DNA of 64,000 bases from Vicugna vicugna (lineage: Eukaryota): positions 7,902,407 through 7,966,406 of the forward strand of contig MU058584.1 in the NCBI GenBank assembly GCA_013265495.1, read 5' to 3'. Position numbers and translations under genes: made by a program. Under the pieces are notes generated by a model that saw nothing but the letters and a program-made list of their open reading frames with translations, did no database searches and was not told the origin of the DNA. Of the stretch, positions 63,615 to 64,000 are shown one piece after another; position 1 is the stretch's first letter, and each line of letters begins with the position of its first letter.

Positions 63615-64000
63615 TGTTGCCGGTAGATGCAACCGGTGTTCCAGGTTCTCGTCCTGTCCCAGAAAGAATTCAGAGACAAGACGTAGTGGTTAAAAAAGTA
63701 AAGTGAGGATTTACTAAAGGATGGATAGTACACTCTCAAGGGGCGAGTGGGCAGGCTCAGGTGAGCGGCTGCCCTGTGTTTCTTTGGCAAGTTAGTTACA
63801 TAGGGTGTAAAAATGAATGGGTGGAATATTCATTGGGGAGGGAGGGGTTTGGGCTCATATTCCCTGATTATCATCCCAACTCCATCTTCCCAAAGGGAGG
63901 AGGGATTTTTGTCCTTATTTAGTCTGGATCGAAAGTGTCATGGTGTTGGTGCATGATGGGTGCTTCTAATCTGCAAGGCTAATTTTATTGAAATGGGCAA
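63615..64000 (-). mobile_element. ERV LTR, runs off the window end
   Basis: Starts TGTTGCC; related to the LTR at 39543; several retained CpGs suggest a relatively young insertion. Confidence 0.72.

Noticed and set aside
25000..64000. Second gene or processed pseudogene downstream (for example another TNF-superfamily member)
   Set aside because: No ORF or exon-like peptide resembled a known protein. A highly decayed pseudogene cannot be excluded without a translated search.

Overview
Mammalian genomic DNA, probably camelid (inferred from a Vic-1-like tRNA-derived SINE). The only supportable protein-coding gene is an intact Fas ligand gene (FASLG/TNFSF6) on the + strand. It has four coding exons (16970-17323, 17828-17873, 21989-22045, 23260-23654; 852 nt, 283 aa), all GT-AG introns with compatible phases, and a recognisable TATA/Sp1-NFAT/Egr/kB-like proximal promoter. 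The rest is intergenic or intronic sequence dominated by transposon remnants: L1 of several ages (some with clear target-site duplications), L2, MIR, CR1/L3, hAT MITEs, MaLR and ERV solo LTRs. Nearly all other ORFs in the track are chance or repeat-derived. I found no convincing novel protein-coding system. The most unusual structure is a CpG-rich solo LTR at 51623-52320. It carries a 60-bp tandem array with paired, inverted ETS-like cores and is followed by strong splice donors, so it is a candidate lineage-specific promoter or enhancer about 35 kb downstream of the FASLG start. Repeat family names were assigned by eye from remembered consensus sequences, and boundaries without TSDs are approximate.
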